A stretch of 64,000 nucleotides of DNA from Gordius albopunctatus (lineage: Eukaryota), in assembly GCA_964276515.1 (NCBI GenBank), contig OZ193909.1, forward strand, positions 8,556,001-8,620,000, read 5' to 3'. The position numbers and the translations under genes were made by a program. Below are positions 1 through 14,500 of this stretch, in pieces. The stretch's first letter is position 1. Each line of letters opens with the position of its first letter. The notes beneath the pieces are model-generated. The model made no database searches. It was not told the origin of the DNA and saw only the letters and a program-made list of their open reading frames with translations.

Positions 1-250
1 CGACTCCAGAGATGGTTATTGACTCTCGGTAATTTTTCGTTAACTTTAAAATATCGAGAAGGAAAAAGTAATCATTTGGCTGATGTTTTATCACGAATGA
101 GTGCGAATAATATAACTGAGGAGATATATGTTATAAATAATAAAAAGGTTAATGTAATAAAAGTCATTGATCTTGAAGATATTGTCAAAAGTACAGAGAA
201 TAATGCTGAGTTAGCAGATATTAAACAAATTATATTAAATAAAAATAAGT
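1..250 (+). pseudogene. Ty3/gypsy-type LTR retrotransposon pol fragment (end of RNase H), runs off the window start
   Basis: Frame 1 reads RLQRWLLTLGNFSLTLKYREGKSNHLADVLSR, matching the RW...Y..GK.N..AD.LSR end of Ty3/gypsy RNase H. Confidence 0.85.
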
Positions 251-1702
251 AACAGGATTACCTTTAGATGCCTAGTAAAATTGAAACAAGATTTAGAAGA
301 AGTCTTGAGTTTGGCATTGCATAAAAGACATTGCACCTCAAAATTAAGTGTATTATGCTGATTATCTTTAAGTTTAAACATATTAGCATATTTTGGAAAT
401 GGAAAAATTTTCATGCATGATGTGCTTGCTACATTTATGCCTGATACTTCTATTTCCATAACTCACTATCATATTAAAGTGTTATATATAAGCAGTGAGA
501 AAAGAAAAGAGTAAAAAATTGGATAAGGAGTACTATGAATATAATAATATAAATTAATAATTAAAATTAATAATGAATGAGGGCTTCCCGATATGACAAT
601 TTAACTGTCCTAAATAAAGAAGTCAGTAATCCTCCAGATGAAAATTTATTATATATCTCCAAATTGACACTAACAATTCTTTTTAAAGTAACAATAATAA
701 TGATGGATGAGGTAATCAGATTAGGCGTAAATAACGATAACGCACAAATAATAATAAACAGCGAAGTGGTAACAATAATGATAAATACACAGTTATGGAG
801 ATCATGGGTGAGGTAATCAGATTAGGCGTAAACAAAGATGACGCACCAATAATAATACTCATGAAGGATAACAATAAACTAACAAATAGTGAAATTAACA
901 ACGAAATTAACAATCATCGTGATTCTAAAATCTATTAATAAACGCGTGGCCTTGAACAGCCAAACGAGATCATAAAATCCAAATTCTATGGGTGAAGTAA
1001 TAAAATGAATCCAAGGGTAATTTTATGGGTGAAGTAATAAAATTATTAAAAACTTGGCCTAATGCCACAATTAATTAACTAATTTAATATATTTTAATTA
1101 AAATTAATTGTAATTTGATCATTATATGTGATTAAACTTACGATAGCAAAGATAGGTTCAAAAGTGTTTGAAATATTAACATAGTAACGGGATATGACAA
1201 TATTCCAAAAAAAGCGGAATTAAATATATTATCATGATTTGAATATTTTATTGTAATTCTTTAATCAAATTACCTGTCTGTGTTTTTAATCTTCTAATCT
1301 TATTAAACTTCAACTGCAATTGTTTTAGTGTTTTTCTATAGTTTATTTATTAAGCGACGTGTCCAAAAGTGTAAAGATTAATCGTTGATTGATAAAGTAA
1401 ATACGTAAATAATGTAAAATATCGCGGTTAGATTATTTTTATTGTATATCGATAGTAACTAATTTCCCGCCTTGTTATCTTCTCCACCAGGAACATAGTA
1501 TGTTATATATAGTAAATCAGTAGAAATTTAATTTGTGAAATATGCGATATAATACAATTTCGAATAAATTAATAAATTGTAAAACTCTTAATGTGCGCAA
1601 ATCAGGAGCGCAATTGCGCACCCGCACTCGCTCTTCGTTATAAAAAGTGCGCGCACCAGCACGTCGCACCGCAAATCCGGTGCGCGCATCTTAACAACTC
1701 TG
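250..1702 (-). mobile_element. 5' part of a hAT transposon (terminus plus BED zinc-finger exon), truncated
   Basis: Minus-strand terminus CAGAGTTGTTAA at 1702 followed by GTGCG-rich subterminal repeats (1590-1690); ORF 235-459 has CLLC...SSKSCFNFTRHLK (BED-like) followed by a GT donor; similar terminus CAGAGCTGTTAA at 38059. Confidence 0.7.
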
Positions 1703-3526
1703 AGTGCAACATACTTAGATGGAAATGTTTAAAAGTACCAAATTGCCAAAATATCTATGAGTGTTAAAATATTTCAACGCGTTCTTAAAACTCAAATAAT
1801 ATTTTATCCAATTATAAACCGTACACTTTGTATATTTTTTAAGCTTGCATGGATATCGAAGCTTTATTTTCCTTTAATAATTGCAACAACTGTTTTTTTT
1901 AACTTGACGGTTGAAATCGAAGTTGCTTCAACATTTTTCTGAAAAATTAGCCATCCTATAAAATTCAGGTGATTATAGTGCACCAGAAAATGACAGACTT
2001 TCATTTAAAGAGGTATTATTTAGCTATAATATCAATTTATTGTAAAGAGCTATATATTTAAAGAGTTATAATTTATCAGTTTCTATTGAAAAAGACTATA
2101 CTTAAGTTTTTTATTTATAATGCTTTTGCAGAAATTCATTAACATCTAAATGAATTTGTTTTAAATCATCTGGCATACACTTTACATAAATCATTTTTAT
2201 TTTGCCTTATTCAAAATTAATTAGCAAAAGTTTGTAAAATCTTAACTTTTATTAAAGCTGCATAATAATATTTTTATAGCATTTTTAATTATCAATCAAT
2301 TTTCCACATATATAGGTTTTTATAACTTATATCTTAATTTAATTTTAAGTGTTGATTGTTCTTTTTTTATTAAGTTTGATTAGTCAGTTGTGAGTTTGTT
2401 TTTAGGCCATTCCATGTTGAATTGTAAAAATAAAGACAATTCCTGACCTACCATTTCAGATTCGAATAATTTGTGATGAAGTGTGTAGTGTAGACCTCAT
2501 ATATTATAGTAATTTTTGGAAATTTACCCATTTTGGGCAAATAATTTTTAAGTTATCAACACTCAAAGGGCCAAAATCACTCTTGAGTGCCATTCTTTAT
2601 AGATTAGGTGCATTTTGTTACTTAAAAAAATTCTATTAAAATAATTCAACAATATCCACATTTGTACTCAAATTAGTGAAAAATCTTAAAAAACTATTTC
2701 ACCTCATATGAACTCCCCAATGTCACAATGTGCACTTCTTTATGACTTATTAAATTTCAATTAGCAAATGTTTGGGACCAGCCACTAGTTGGTCAAAAAT
2801 CTGAAAAATTAAAATTCGCCCGGCAAACGTTGTTTTGCCATTTACCCGGGTGTATTAGCTTAGCAGAATATATATCATCTTATAGATAAATTTCAATAGA
2901 TTAAGAATATATCAAATTAAATTGATAAGTGTTTATTATGCAAATTTTTTTAAACAAATAGTTAAAGAGGGTCCAAGGCAAAACCTGGCCCCATGCCCCC
3001 CCCCAAGGGAAGAATCTTTGGCCCCCTGGCCCTTCAAGGATTTTTTAAAATTTTTTTGTAATTAAACAATATCATAGTTATAATTATTTGTTTCTGAATA
3101 AAACTTTTAATTCTGAACTTAATAATGTCCGAAGAACTGAGATATATCAACATTTATTGCCACTTTGTTAAAAGTATTTTCATTTTTCTCCTTATTTAAC
3201 GCGTAAAAAATGACAAAATGAGATTTTTTAATTTATTTAGCAACGCAGGAGGGGACACGACCGTGCTATAATAATAAAACTCGGGCCTTTGGCCCTCGTG
3301 GGAAGGGGAGGGAAGGGGGAAGGGGAGGAGGGGAAGGAAGGGTGAACTCATCTACACTCCGTATAAATGTATCATATTTGCTATGCAATTTATGGAAATA
3401 CTTACGTGAATATTGCAAAACGAAGGTTGGAAGCACTAAATAAGTGTATATGCCAAATATCATAAAGGGGGAGAGAGGGAGCGAAGGGGAAGCTTTATGG
3501 TTAGTTAAATTCTACGGGAGTTGTAT

Positions 3527-4200
3527 TACCAAAAAGTCATAATAGCAATGGTAGGAACAGGAACAATCATAATAGTCAAAAAAAACGAAAAAAAAATTTT
3601 CGAATCACATTTTGGCCAAAGGTCATTTTTTCCATTGGTCAGCAGCCAGGACACGGTAAAAGTGGATATAAATTCATAATAGTCAAAAAAACGAAAAAAA
3701 AGTTTTCGAATCACATTTTGGCCAATGGTTATTTTATTCCATTGGTCAGCAGCCAGCGGACGGCCAAAAAGTCATAATAGCAATGGTAGGAACAGGAACA
3801 ATCATAATAGTCAAAAAAACGGAAAAAATAATTTCGATTCACATTTTGGCCAATGGTCATTTTTTTCCATTGGTCAGCAGCCAGGACACGGTAAAAGTGG
3901 ATATAAATTCATAACAGTCAAAAAAAAACGAAAAAAAAATTTTCGAATCACATTTTGGCCAATGGTCATTTTATTCCATTGGTCAGCAGCCAGCGGACGG
4001 CCAAAAAGTCATAATAGCAATGGTAGGAACAGGAACAATCATAATATTCAAAAAAAACGAAAAAATAAACTCGGATACACATTTTGGCCAATGGTCATTT
4101 TTTTCATTGGTCAGCAGCCAGCGGACGGCCAAAAAGTCTTATTATCATTGATAGTAACAAGAACAATCATAAGAGTCAAAAAAAACTCCGGGATTCTAAC
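3527..4200. repeat. Tandem array, ~236-bp unit x ~2.7, each unit built of two related subunits
   Basis: CCAAAAAGTCATAATAGCAATGGTAGGAACAGG recurs at ~3529, 3765 and 4001; CACATTTTGGCCAATGG...CATTGGTCAGCAGCCAG appears twice per unit. Confidence 0.9.
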
Positions 4201-4379
4201 CCAAAAACTAGATAAATTGCATAGCAATTATTAAAAAGTATAGGGTAATTATCAATGTTAACCTATTCAAAAACGAACAAAAAATTTTGATTTATTTGGC
4301 CAATGGTAATTTTTTTTAATTATCAATGTTACCTTATTCAAAAAGGAAAAACGAAAAATTAGGATTTATTTGGCCAATG

Positions 4380-4910
4380 TTCATTTTTTCATTGGTCAGT
4401 AGCCAGCGGACGGTCAAAAAGTCATATTATCAATGGTATTAACAAGAACAAAATATTAAATTAATTAAAAAAATAAAAATTTTGCCCTCTCCGGGATTCG
4501 AACCCACATTGAATAGAGGCATAAGCCTTTGGAGGGGAACAGGGAACCATATAAATAGAGCCATAGGCCCTTGTAGGGGAGGGCATAGGGTAATTATCAA
4601 TGTTAAACTATTCAAAAACGAAAAATTAAAAATTTCGATTTATCTGGCAAGTGGTCATTTTTTCATTGGTCAGTAGCCTGCGGACGGTCAAAAATTCATA
4701 TTATCAATGGTATTAACAAGAACAATATATTAATTTAATTTAAAAAAAAATAAAAATTTTTGTTCTCTCCGGGTCTCGAACCATCAATTTAGAACGTTCG
4801 CCGGGATTCAAACCCACATTAAATAGAGGCATAAGCCTTTGGAGGGGAACAGGGAACCATATAAATAGAGCCATAGGCCCTTGTAGGGGACGGCATAGGG
4901 TAATTATCAA
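4380..4910. repeat. Direct duplication of ~250 bp containing a tRNA B-box-like motif
   Basis: ~4380-4600 repeats at ~4660-4910; the minus strand reads GGGTTCGAATCCCGG. Confidence 0.8.
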
Positions 4911-6045
4911 CGCTCAAAAAATGAGGCAAAAAATGACTGATATTAAATGTTTCAAAGAGCGTAAAAAGTTTCCATTTTCCGCAACACATGCCTACTGCAT
5001 TTATCACACTACACACGATAGATACGCAGTACGTCATGAGGTTGCATTTGAGTGACATTTTATTAAACGTCAAGACGTATAAAACTAAATAACTTGACCG
5101 TCTTATGACTTAGAGATTTGGAATATAGTTAAAAACCTAGGCTCAGACCTACCAATCATTCGCAGAAATTTCCATCTAAATCGGTCCAGCCGTTTCGGAG
5201 GAGGTGACCAAACACCGTGACACGAGAATTTTATATATATAGATAATCAATTATTAGAAGAACCTAATATTAGTGTTTGTTATCAAGAAACCCTTTAAAG
5301 ATTAAATGGATAAATAATATTGGAATAAAAATCAGCCCTCATTTTAATCTTCCTTCTGTGCACTGGCAATTATTTGGATTTGAATTTAAATATTGTATTT
5401 CAACTTAAATGATATAGGTGTAGGCTAAAATCAATGTGAGGTTGGAAAAAATATTAAAATGATACCGATTTTTATTTTATTTCAAAAATGTTGCTTACTA
5501 GTTGTGACTGCTTTTTATTTTAATTAAAATTTAAATTACTCCATAATTATTTATTTCATGTATTTTTTATAAATTTGCAAGTTGATAAAAAAAACTCTTT
5601 TAATAATTATACCGCCATCTAGATATATCTTTGATGAGAATGTAATTTTTCGAATTCTTGAACATTTCGTAGCCGATACCAAATTTTTTATGATTTAATT
5701 TTGATGACTCCTTAACGAGTGCACTGATGAAATTTGTGTTTCATATAGGGTCGAAATATATTTTTATGATTTTTTACTAATTTGATTACAAAAAACGCCA
5801 AACTTTGAGGCTTTCGGCTAAATTATTTCGTTAGAGAATTTTTTAGGAACACAATGCACCAAAATTTAACATGACAAAATTAGTAAAATCAATAAAACCC
5901 ACGCAAGCGTGACTTTGGTCTTTTGAACGTAGAATTTTCACAAATTACTGTATTACAACATCAGGAATACACCCTTTATGCCAAATCAATAGATTCTTAT
6001 CTATTGTAAGCTGCTATATTTTAATCCCTTATATTGATGGCATAT

Positions 6046-7065
6046 TAGAGGTGTGCATTTGATCCGATCCGAGGGGTTTTTGAAAAATTTTATATCCATC
6101 CGATCCGAGTTTTTTAAAATCTAAATCCGATCCGAAATTTTTAAATTAAAATTTTACGAACAGAACTTTTTATTGATGATTAAATTCAAAATACATAAAA
6201 ATAAGGTATAGCAATTTTAATAGACCAGAAATAAATATAAAATTTTATTTGACTAATTCCATATTATCATATAAAAATAATAAAGAATCTCGTTTAACGA
6301 TGAAAACGGTCGAATATCTTTTGAAATAAAATAAATTAGATGCTTTTAAAAAAAATTTAATTTTGTGATTTCAGCGAGAGGTTTGGTAACAAATTTGTCA
6401 ATTGTATTTTTAGCTGAAGTTTTTGGAATACATTTATGATGCAAAAAATGGGAACTACCTCAAATGGAATTATATGTGTAGATATGATGGCATTTCTTGC
6501 AGATAACATAACCGGTGTATGTATCATTTTCATTTATTTAGAAGGTCAAAGTAACTCCAAATTTGACTTTTTCCGTCTTCTTTTTTAACTTGTTGAAGCA
6601 TTATTTCTTTTAAATTGTTTTATTATTTCTTCCATGAGGGTTTTTAATATGATAAACAATAGAAAGGAGCTAAGCGCGTGCTTTAAGAAAAGGGGAGATA
6701 GTGATTGATGATTTTCGGAGTTGAGTTAAGATAGAAAGAGATGCGTGTGCTAAAAAGGAAACGGGAGATGCTGATTTATCATTGACACTAGCTCCTTTCT
6801 CGCCAAACAAGAAAGTCTAGCTAGGGAAATACTGATAAATATGTTAGGGTAAGTAAGGTGAGAGGTGGTATTGGGCATCAAAAATGGTAAAGTAAAAAAA
6901 GAATGCAAAGATAATTATGAAAACGTATACTAAAAATTATTAATTTAATTAATTAGAATTTATTGTTTATTTTAAATTTGAAAATCCGATCTGACTAAAA
7001 TAAAATGTTGATCTGATCCGATCCGAGTTCGGATGTCAGATCGGATTGATCCGTGCACACCTCTA
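6046..7065 (-). mobile_element. Non-autonomous hAT element with a BED-finger remnant
   Basis: TIR TAGAGGTGTGCA/TGCACACCTCTA; 8-bp TSD TGGCATAT/TGGCTTAT; GATCC subterminal repeats; decayed minus-strand KSQIWSYF...ICKKC. Confidence 0.9.
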
Positions 7066-10000
7066 TGGCTTATACATTGATAACTTTGCTACTGTTTTTT
7101 AACTAACACTTATATAGCCCACATGTACATTTGTTAGTCTTGATTTATTAGACTGGAAAGTTTCCATGCGGCTTTTATATATATCACTTAAAGTCTGTTA
7201 TATAAATAAACGTCTGCTATTTAGTTTTGCTTTGAATATAACCTCTGCTTAGTGCATAATAGATTAAACTAAAAAGAACATTTTATTTTATTAGCTTTAT
7301 AATATTTAATATTTTAGTTATTTATAGTATATATTGTAAGGAATTCCACATTTTTCAAATAACAAATTAAAATAGTTTCAACTCTAATTTCCTAGATCTG
7401 ACTGACTTCAGAACATCAAAGATGTCATAGAATAGAAATCGTAGAATTCTTTTGGATGTCTAAATGCCCTAAACAATCTATCAATTGCATTACAAATTTC
7501 TCCAAAATGCAATGGGGTAGAGGAAATATATTTTTACGATTAATTGTTAAGTTATTGTTATTAATATAAAGTTGCTATATTTTTTGGATCTATCGGGAAA
7601 AAACTTTTTCCACGCTAATTGATTGTTTGATAAACCAAAGCTGATTTTTCATTATATTGATGTGTTTTGTGTGATTAATGATGATTTAATAAAATTACCT
7701 CTTTTCTGACATTTCTCTTTGTTTTATAATTGGAATAACTAATTAGAATTGTCGAATAATATATTATAAAAAGACGATTTTTGACTAACCATCTCAGATT
7801 TTAATAATTTATTTTTCGGTAAGCCTCATGATAATTTCCAAAATATTTAGCCCTTTTGCGCCGATATTTTTGAGTTATGCACGATCAAAATATCGCGCTC
7901 GGGCCCGTTGAATTGATTTTACTATTGTTTCCATACTTTCAAAATTTTTAGATCTTCTTCTTTTTATCACTGTCTATCAGCTATGCTAGTAGTCAGTCCT
8001 TTCAACATTAGTTTCCATTTGTCTCTATATTTACATAGATATTTCTGTACCTTGTGAATTTTGATATCGCTACTGATTTTGTGAATCCAAGTAAGATTGG
8101 GTCTTCCTCTCTTTCGTTTTCGGGCGAAATTTTTTTTCCGGCTTAGCTATCGTCCCTTCTTTCGACATGGTCATACCATCTTAGTCTGTTTGTTAGGAGC
8201 TTTGTCGTAATAGATGTTAAACCCAAATTTCTTCTCATTTCTTTATTTCGCTTATGTTCCTTTTTGCTTCTAGCACCCATCTTGGCATTCTCATCTGCAT
8301 GAACGCAAGGTGCTGCTATTCCCTTTTACGTATAGCCCATGATTCCGAGCTATACAGACAGGACTGTTGGCGGCTGTATGGTGAACCTATACAGTGCCCC
8401 TTTTAGTCTTTTTGGAATGTTTTTGTCACACAGAACGCCTGTCAAGTCTCTCCATTCAGCCATCTGGAATTTATCCTTTCATGGATTTCTTTGTCCATTC
8501 CACCATCCGACTGAAGTGTTGATCCTAAATATTTGTAAGTTCCCAATCGCCTAAAGTAAGGGATGCACATAACTGATTTTCATCTGATTTAAACTTTGTC
8601 TTCGTAGATTCTGTTTTCTTTCAATTTACCCTGAGACCACTTTCTTCTATTGCATTTACCCAACTATTTACAGTATTAACCAATTCTTGATCACTTTTGC
8701 ACAAAGGATTATATCGTCTGCAAAAATCTTTGCCTAAAGAGCTTTCTCGCCCAATTATCATTATGAATAGGAAGGGACTAAGAGCTCAACCTTGATGGAC
8801 TTTGTAGTCCCCACCATTGTTCTAACGTATGTTCTATTTCCCGTGTACATACCTTTTATTGCTCTGATGTATGATTCAGGCACATTGTTTTCTTTAAGAC
8901 ATTTCCACACTAAAGTCCGAGGGACTTTATCAGACGCTTTTTCTAGATCGATGAAACACGTATGCAAATCCTCCTCCATTTCTCTAAACTGTTCAATTAA
9001 TCTTCTAACACTTTTCAGGGCATTTGCGGTAGACCTCTCCGACATAAATCCTAATTGGTTGTCTCGAATTTTAACTAGATTCCAAAGCCCTTTTTCGATC
9101 ACTTTTTTCTACACCTTGAAAGAGTGACAAACTCTGTAGTTTTTTACAATCCCCTTTCATCTTGTATAACGGTATCATATAGCTATCCCTCGACTCGTTA
9201 TGCATTTTACCCGTTTTGAACATATTGTTGAAAAGTTTGGAGATGATTTGGACACCAGTATTGCCTAACCCTTTAAAGTCTTCTATTGGTATATTGTTTG
9301 GTCCTAGAGCTTTTCCTGACTTTAGTTTACTCATAGCAACTTTGACCTACGTTTTTAATTCTTCTATTATATTTCTTGGTTATGATCTTCCACCAAAGGC
9401 CCATTTTCAATTGATAAATCCTTAAATACCATTTTTGTAGTATATGGCTGTCGTGTGTCAGTATTTGTCCCTTGATAGCCGGCATTCTACGTAATCTTTA
9501 GAATTTCGGGCCTTAAACTATGCGATTTCTTAGATTAATCTTTCTCCTTCCTTTGAGATTAGTTTTACATTATATCATTGTACACCTTGTTTTTAGCTTT
9601 AGCTACGTATTTTCTAGCCAATTTTTTTAGCTATCTGGCAAGCTTGCTTATAATTACTATCCTTGCTTTTATAGCAAACTTTATATATTCTTTTCTTTGA
9701 TACATTTTTGCACTTTTGCATTCCTTTCCACCACTACGATTCCTTGAGAATTCTTTTAGTGGGCTTGCCTTCACCTAATATTTGTCGTCCCGCTTTTCGC
9801 ATTGTGCCCGCTATACCATTCCACTTATCCTCACACGGAGTACTATTAGATTCAGCATGTCGCATTAATTGTTCCCCAAATTGTTGAATATTATCCTTTC
9901 TCTCGTCCATTGTATAGTACCGCTACTTTTTGTACCGTTTGCCCTTTATGGCTTTTTTATATAATGTCCATCACCAATCACTTGTGTTGGCAAGCCAATA

Positions 10001-12861
10001 TTTCACTCAATATTACCTTAACATTTTGAACATTTTTTAAGTGCGTTCTGTTGACTAGAAAGAAATCTATCTGAGTGGAGCGGATGCCGCTTTTGTACGT
10101 TATAAGATATTCCTGTCTCTTTTTGAAGAAAGTATTTTTTATAGCTAGGTCGAAAGCTTGAGCAATTTCTAGAATTTCCGTACCTCCTTCATTTGCCGTA
10201 ACCCCGACCAACGTGATTTCTTTCAAATCCTCTTCTTGTCTGACCCACGTGTCCATTGAGGTCCGTACCGATAATTATTAGTCCATCTTTACCGAATTTG
10301 TATAGAATGTCTTCAAACTCCATCCAAAAACAATCTTTTTCCAGAACGTATGCTGATATAACGTTCATCGTAGGAGATTTATAACAAAGCTGTATCGCCA
10401 CAATTCTGTCGTTGATTCTTTTAACGTCGACGACAGTTTGTTGAAATTCTCCGATAACACTATACCGACGCCATTTCGATGCGTTTCTGTGCCGTGAAAA
10501 TATAATTTATATCCGTCACCTATATATTTTGCTTTTTGGCCCTTTCATTTGGCGTCTTGTATACAGGCGATCTGCTTAGAATGTCTGCCAATTCTCTCCT
10601 CTTGGTAGTCATTGTACCAATATTCCATGCCCCCAAACTTGATCCTACGCATACTATTGTCTTTAAACGCTTCCGTTTGTTGAGAACGGGGTAGCCTTTG
10701 TTTTTTCCCACACATTCCAGGCGATTCAAGCCAGACGGAACTATGTTAGATTTTGGCGCCTGGTTACCTATTATTCTTTATGATGTTGGCATCTTGGTGA
10801 ATTTAACTTTTGATTTGACCCACTCGTATTGATAGGCTTAGTCTAGCACTTCCATTTCACTAGCAATCCCTCAAACGCCCAGAAATTTTAGTCTGACCCT
10901 TCACCAAGAACCTTGCCAATAGGGTGACCCCACCAGTAACTAGTGATGCGGGAAAACCGAGAAAATTCTCGGTCTCGTCTCGGTTTTTCGAGACGAGACT
11001 AGAATTTGAAAAACTGACCCGAGATCGAGACGAGATTTTTTTGACGAGATCTCGGGTTTTTATTGATCATTAGATTTTAGTAAATTATTGTGTATTTTAA
11101 TATGCCTGATTTACATTTCAAGTATTAAATATAAATCAATACGATATGAATATATTTTTTTATTAAAATAACAACTAAGTGTAGCAATTATGATATATTT
11201 TGGCAAAAATTTTAAAATTTGGCAATTTCAGTTCATTTACGTAAGTATGGATGACACTTAGGGTATGTGAATAATTTAATAATATATTTCTCACATATAT
11301 GTATCCTTAGAATTATTAAATGTTACAAAATTTTAGACTTAGAATGAGTTCTGATGGAGTAGTAAATATTACTAAAGCATATTTGAACTTAGCAGTTTCT
11401 CATCCTACTTGATGCAGTAATTATAAATTTTTGGTGTTCAATTAGTTTGAATAATCATACAAGTTAAGCTAACGTGGCCCGAGCTTTTTTGGATACCCTA
11501 ATGTTATTTGTGCCTGCCTAACGAATTTAAAAGTTTAACTGAGTATTCAATGACACCGTAATAAATTAAATCATGAGTTTATAGAAGTTTTATGCTTCAA
11601 CTAATAATATACCTCCCAAATTTTTGAACCTTAATAAGACATTATGTGAATACATTATTTTTCATATGCATTACTTTTCACCTCATAAACTGGGGTTGGC
11701 AGATGCATTTGATACTATAATTTCTATAGTTTTGGCTATTTTGTAATATAAAATAAATACAAAACTTATACTGTACTAGATAAATATCTATTCAATGGCA
11801 AAGTTAGTTAGAATTGGAAGGTAATTATTTAAAATGCTAATTTGATTATGATGATTTTTTTCTTAAAATAAAATACGTGCGCTTTAATCTAAAGTTTAAA
11901 ACCTTATTTTCTTGATCCTGTAATAATGCTGCTTTTATTGTTGTTTTTACAACGTTTTAATTTGTGGAACAAGTTATCAATTTTGTAAATAAAAATATTA
12001 CCATAAAAGTCACTCGCACTTTGTGGCTTATAACGCTATAATAAACCTGTAATAATCTTTATGGGTTATAATGGATGATGGCAATATCAATGGACTAAAA
12101 CATTTGCCTTAAATATGTTAAGGTCAACTTAGAATTTTGAGCCAGTGTTAATGTTGGGTCTCAATTTGCCTAAATATGTAACGAAGTCAAATATAGGTGA
12201 ACTTATAAATTTCGTATGTTTAAATTTAACAGACACAGTGAGTTTAATACAAATGTTATAATTTGCTAGGACTATAAAATTTAATAAGGTCTTATCAGTT
12301 AGTATATTAAGCTACAAAACACTCACAAGAGCACTGGTTTAAACTCAAATTTAAAAAGTGTCAATAAACACCACTATTCAATTCTAAATTTAATGCACAG
12401 TTATGCTATCTATATATATAAAGTAAAGTCTATGTATTAGTGTTGTAAAAAACCAAGGGTTTCTATTGGTCGCCTGCAAGCGTTGGCGTTTTTTTACCCA
12501 ACCCTATCAGTGTTAGGTGAATTTTCTTGGGAGGGCTTTGGCGTTTTCGTAAAAAACACCCAAAGCGTTTTGGGTGAATTTTTATGGGCCACCCTTGGCG
12601 TTTAGGTTTGGGTGGATAATATATTTAACCTTTTGGTTTGGTTTTGGTCGTTTTGGGTTGGGTATGCAAATATATCAATTTGTTTGTATTGTTCGTCATA
12701 TTTGCAGTATTTAGATTTAGGTAATGAACTTTTAATTTAAGAAAATAAAAAAAGATGTATCATGACGTCACTGATTGGAAACTTTTCCCATTGTGACGTC
12801 ATAGTGAAAAGTATTATAATCTAATCTCTAGTAAATTATAGTTAATTATATTTTTGTGAAG

Positions 12862-13330
12862 ATTTGCCCCCCCCCCTTTATTTTTTACCCTATTTCTGAC
12901 GCAGGGGAAGGGGGGGCATGGTGAGTATTTTGCCCCCCCCCCAATTTTTTACCCTCTTTCTGATGCGGGGGAAAGGGGGGGCATGGTGTGTGTTTTGCCC
13001 CCCTCCCCTAATTTTTTACCCTCTTTCTGATGCGGACGAAAGGGGGGGGGGGGTCAGGAGGGTGTTTTGCCCCCCCCCCTTATTTTTTACCCTCTTTTTG
13101 ATGGGAGGAAAGGGGGGGGCATGGTGGGTGTTTTGCCCCCCCCCCCTTATTTTTTACCCTCTTTCTGATGCGGGGGAAGGGGGGGCATGGTGGCTATTTT
13201 GTCCCCCCCTAATTTTTTACCCTCTTTCTGATACGGGGGAAAGGGGGGGGGGCATGGTGGGTGTTTTGCCCCCCCCCTTATTTTTTACCCTATTTCTTAC
13301 CCGGGGAGGGGGGGGGGAATGGGGGTAGGT
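12862..13330. repeat. G/C-run minisatellite, ~58-bp unit x ~7 (left arm)
   Basis: TTTTTTACCCTCTTTCTGATGCGGGGGAAGGGGGGGCATGGTGGGTGTTTTGCCCCCCCC repeated. Confidence 0.95.
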
Positions 13331-14109
13331 AATTTGACCTCCACCCCTTTTTTTATCATTTAAATGACAATAAATAGAAAACGATTATAAAGTGAGATTT
13401 ATCTGGCCATTCGAGAGCAGATTTTGAATTCAATTAAAAATTATTATTTTTTAAAATTCTTTATTCTAAATTAATGACAGCTAACAGATCCTCCTCTAAA
13501 TATTCCCGGCATTTTTTTAAAAATAATCAATAGCAATTTTATTCACAAAATTTAATTTCAAATATGTTTTGAATTCCTCGCCTCTTGTAAAAGATAAAGA
13601 CTTATTTATTTTATATTTGTAGCATTTTAAATTAATTGTATTAATTAAAATTATATTATTAAACTCTATTTTCAATATCAGAGAACAACATCCCGCGCGA
13701 CTCAGACATATCACCACCCACATGTACATATAATATATATACTAATGCACCCACTCTCTCCCTTCTCTCGTTGCAATGTGCAATACCATATTTAAACATA
13801 TCAGATTTAAGTTAAGTTCTAAACTAAATATATAAATTATGGCACAACAAGGCGGCATGGTGAGGGTGGGTGTAGGCTTGCTAGGCTCTTTATCATACCA
13901 TTTTAAATTCATTTCTTTTTTCACGTATAACATTAACATGTCTACGAATTGTTACGATGGAAATACCTTAAGTTTTTCCATTAAATGCCCAGATAACTTA
14001 AATAGTAAAACTTACTTACCAATGATGGCAAATTTTTTTAAATTGGTAAAACTACATATAAATATTATATTTAATAATACAGCTTATTTCTTAAAGGGTG
14101 TTATTTAAC

Positions 14110-14500
14110 TGCTAAGTAAATAATTACAAAACGCTAAGTATTTTATGCTAAGTATTTTAATCTAAATGCTAAGTATTATAATCTAAATGCTAAGTATTTT
14201 AAAGAAAATGCTAAGTTTTTTATTTTAAATGCTAAGTATTTTATTTTAAAGTGCTAAGTTTTTTTTTACAGAATTTTGTGCTAAGTATTTTGATAAAAAA
14301 ATGCTCAGTATTTTATAAGAAATGCTAAGTTTTTTTTAAATGATAAATTTTTTAATGCAAGTTTTCTTGATATGTTAAGTTATCAAAATGGTAAGTATTT
14401 TATTAGACAATATTGTGCTAAGTATTTTGATTATAAAAAGTAAGTTTTCTTTAAAATGCTTGGTTTCCTATTATTTTTTTTATTTTTAAATGCTAAGTAT
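14110..14500. repeat. Short-motif array (GCTAAGTATTT)n
   Basis: Motif recurs about every 20 bp; inverted counterpart at 16745-17150. Confidence 0.9.

Larger units (their letters stand above)
2815..5243 (-). mobile_element. Non-autonomous Helitron carrying internal tandem arrays
   Basis: Minus strand starts A|TCTATATATATAAAATTCTCGTGTCAC...GAAACGGCTGGACCGATTT at 5243; 3' hairpin GGCAAAACAACGTTTGCC at 2822-2839; terminal CTAG not intact. Confidence 0.6.

Noticed and set aside
3725..4234. 169-aa ORF
   Set aside because: Translation of the tandem repeat; no domain
4482..4510. tRNA gene
   Set aside because: Only a T-arm/B-box; no cloverleaf or A-box
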